Positions 62,890-64,000 of a stretch of DNA of 64,000 nucleotides are shown here, in pieces. The position numbers and the translations under genes were made by a program. Source of the stretch: Macrostomum hystrix (taxonomy: Eukaryota > Animalia > Platyhelminthes); NCBI GenBank assembly GCA_950097015.1, contig CATNEN010000001.1, forward strand, positions 5,146,001 through 5,210,000, in the 5' to 3' direction. A model generated the notes under the pieces. That model did no database searches, was not told the origin of the DNA, and saw only the letters and a list, made by a program, of their open reading frames with translations. The stretch's first letter is position 1; each line of letters starts with the position of its first letter.

Positions 62890-62962
62890 CTGAAAAAAAG
62901 TAAAATTTTTAACGAATTCAATACGAACTAAGGCGTAAAAATTATTTTGTTTTAATTCTTAC

Positions 62963-63054
62963 CGCAATTTCAAATTTTCCACGCGGCTGCATTTTGAATT
63001 TGATGTCGTTGATGAGATAGTTGCGGCTTTGCTCGCTCATGTGCAATTTGCCAG
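62963..63054 (-). CDS. Guanylyl/adenylyl cyclase-like gene exon (GKLHMSEQSRNYLINDIKFKMQPRGKFEIA); the gene continues past the right edge
   Basis: Matches the I-H-x-S-E...L...F...RG.I.V segment of class III cyclases; ccacAG acceptor, GTAAG donor. Confidence 0.75.
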
Positions 63055-63164
63055 CTGTGGAAAGTTTAAATTTTACGAGTATAAGCTTATAAGCAAACCG
63101 GCATTCTACGATAATTGTGCAACTGTCTGCTGTAAAATAGACTGCCCTGTCCTGGAGTTTTATT

Positions 63165-64000
63165 TGCAGTTTCTTGGAATCTCACAGTTTTCGAATGTTC
63201 GGAAATGTTTTTTAGAATATCGCCAGTTTCTTAGAATATTACAAGTTTCTTAGAATATACGCGCTCGTAGAAGGTTTCTGAGAATTTCGCCTGTTGTTTC
63301 TTAGAATCTTACATGTCGTTTCCTATAATCTGGCCTGTTTCTTAGAATCTCGCCTGTTGTTTCTTATAATCTCACCTGTTTCTTAGAGTTTCGCCTGTTT
63401 CTAAGAATCTCGCCTGTTTCTTAGAAACTCACCTGTTTCTTAGAAACTCAAGTGTTTCTTAGAATCTCGCCAGTTTCTTAGAAACTCAAATGTTTCTTAG
63501 AATCTCTAATGTTTCTTAGAATCTCTAATGTTTCTTAGAATCTCTAATGTTTCTTAGAATCTCTAATGTTTCTTAGAATCTCTAATGTTTCTTAGAATCT
63601 CTAATGTTTCTTAGAATCTCTAATGTTTCTTAGAATCTCTAATGTTTCTTAGAATCTCTAATGTTTCTTAGAATCTCTAATGTTTCTTAGAATCTCTAAT
63701 GTTTCTTAGAATCTCTAATGTTTCTTAGAATCTCTAATGTTTCTTAGAATCTCTAATGTTTCTTAGAATCTCTAATGTTTCTTAGAATCTCTAATGTTTC
63801 TTAGAATCTCTAATGTTTCTTAGAATCTCTAATGTTTCTTAGAATCTCTAATGTTTCTTAGAATCTCTAATGTTTCTTAGAATCTCTAATGTTTCTTAGA
63901 ATCTCTAATGTTTCTTAGAATCTCTAATGTTTCTTAGAATCTCTAATGTTTCTTAGAATCTCTAATGTTTCTTAGAATCTCTAATGTTTCTTAGAATCTC
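63165..64000. repeat. 19-bp minisatellite (GTTTCTTAGAATCTCTAAT), degenerate at its left edge and homogeneous from ~63490
   Basis: Direct inspection. Confidence 0.96.

Overview
Eukaryotic (metazoan, invertebrate-like) genomic DNA with spliced genes and a heavy load of tandem repeats and DNA transposons. Most long ORFs in the track are artefacts of stop-free minisatellites. (1) 1-22.1 kb: a composite macrosatellite in which a 35-bp minisatellite alternates with 18 near-identical ~300-bp spacers, each holding an intact-looking 52-nt minus-strand exon. (2) SET/TAF-I (NAP family histone chaperone; 4 coding exons, minus strand, 23.8-30.8 kb) head-to-head with PRPF38B (5 coding exons, plus strand, 31.5-53.4 kb). 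(3) The 18.9-kb first intron of PRPF38B holds nested elements. A 15.4-kb TA-flanked TIR element (31800-47220) contains a roughly 8.7-kb foldback structure whose multi-kb arms are inverted 124-bp and 18-bp tandem arrays. Its loop carries one intact, intronless 605-aa ORF (two C2H2-like fingers, a putative integrase-like helical DNA-binding domain, and a PWWP domain). This is the best candidate for an undescribed system. A Mutator-like element, a hAT MITE and a Sola-like relic follow. (4) A non-autonomous hAT element, SINEs, a small secreted WSC-domain gene, and the 3' exons of an atypical class III nucleotide cyclase gene (minus strand) with minisatellite-filled introns. All homology calls are by eye; no database searches were run.
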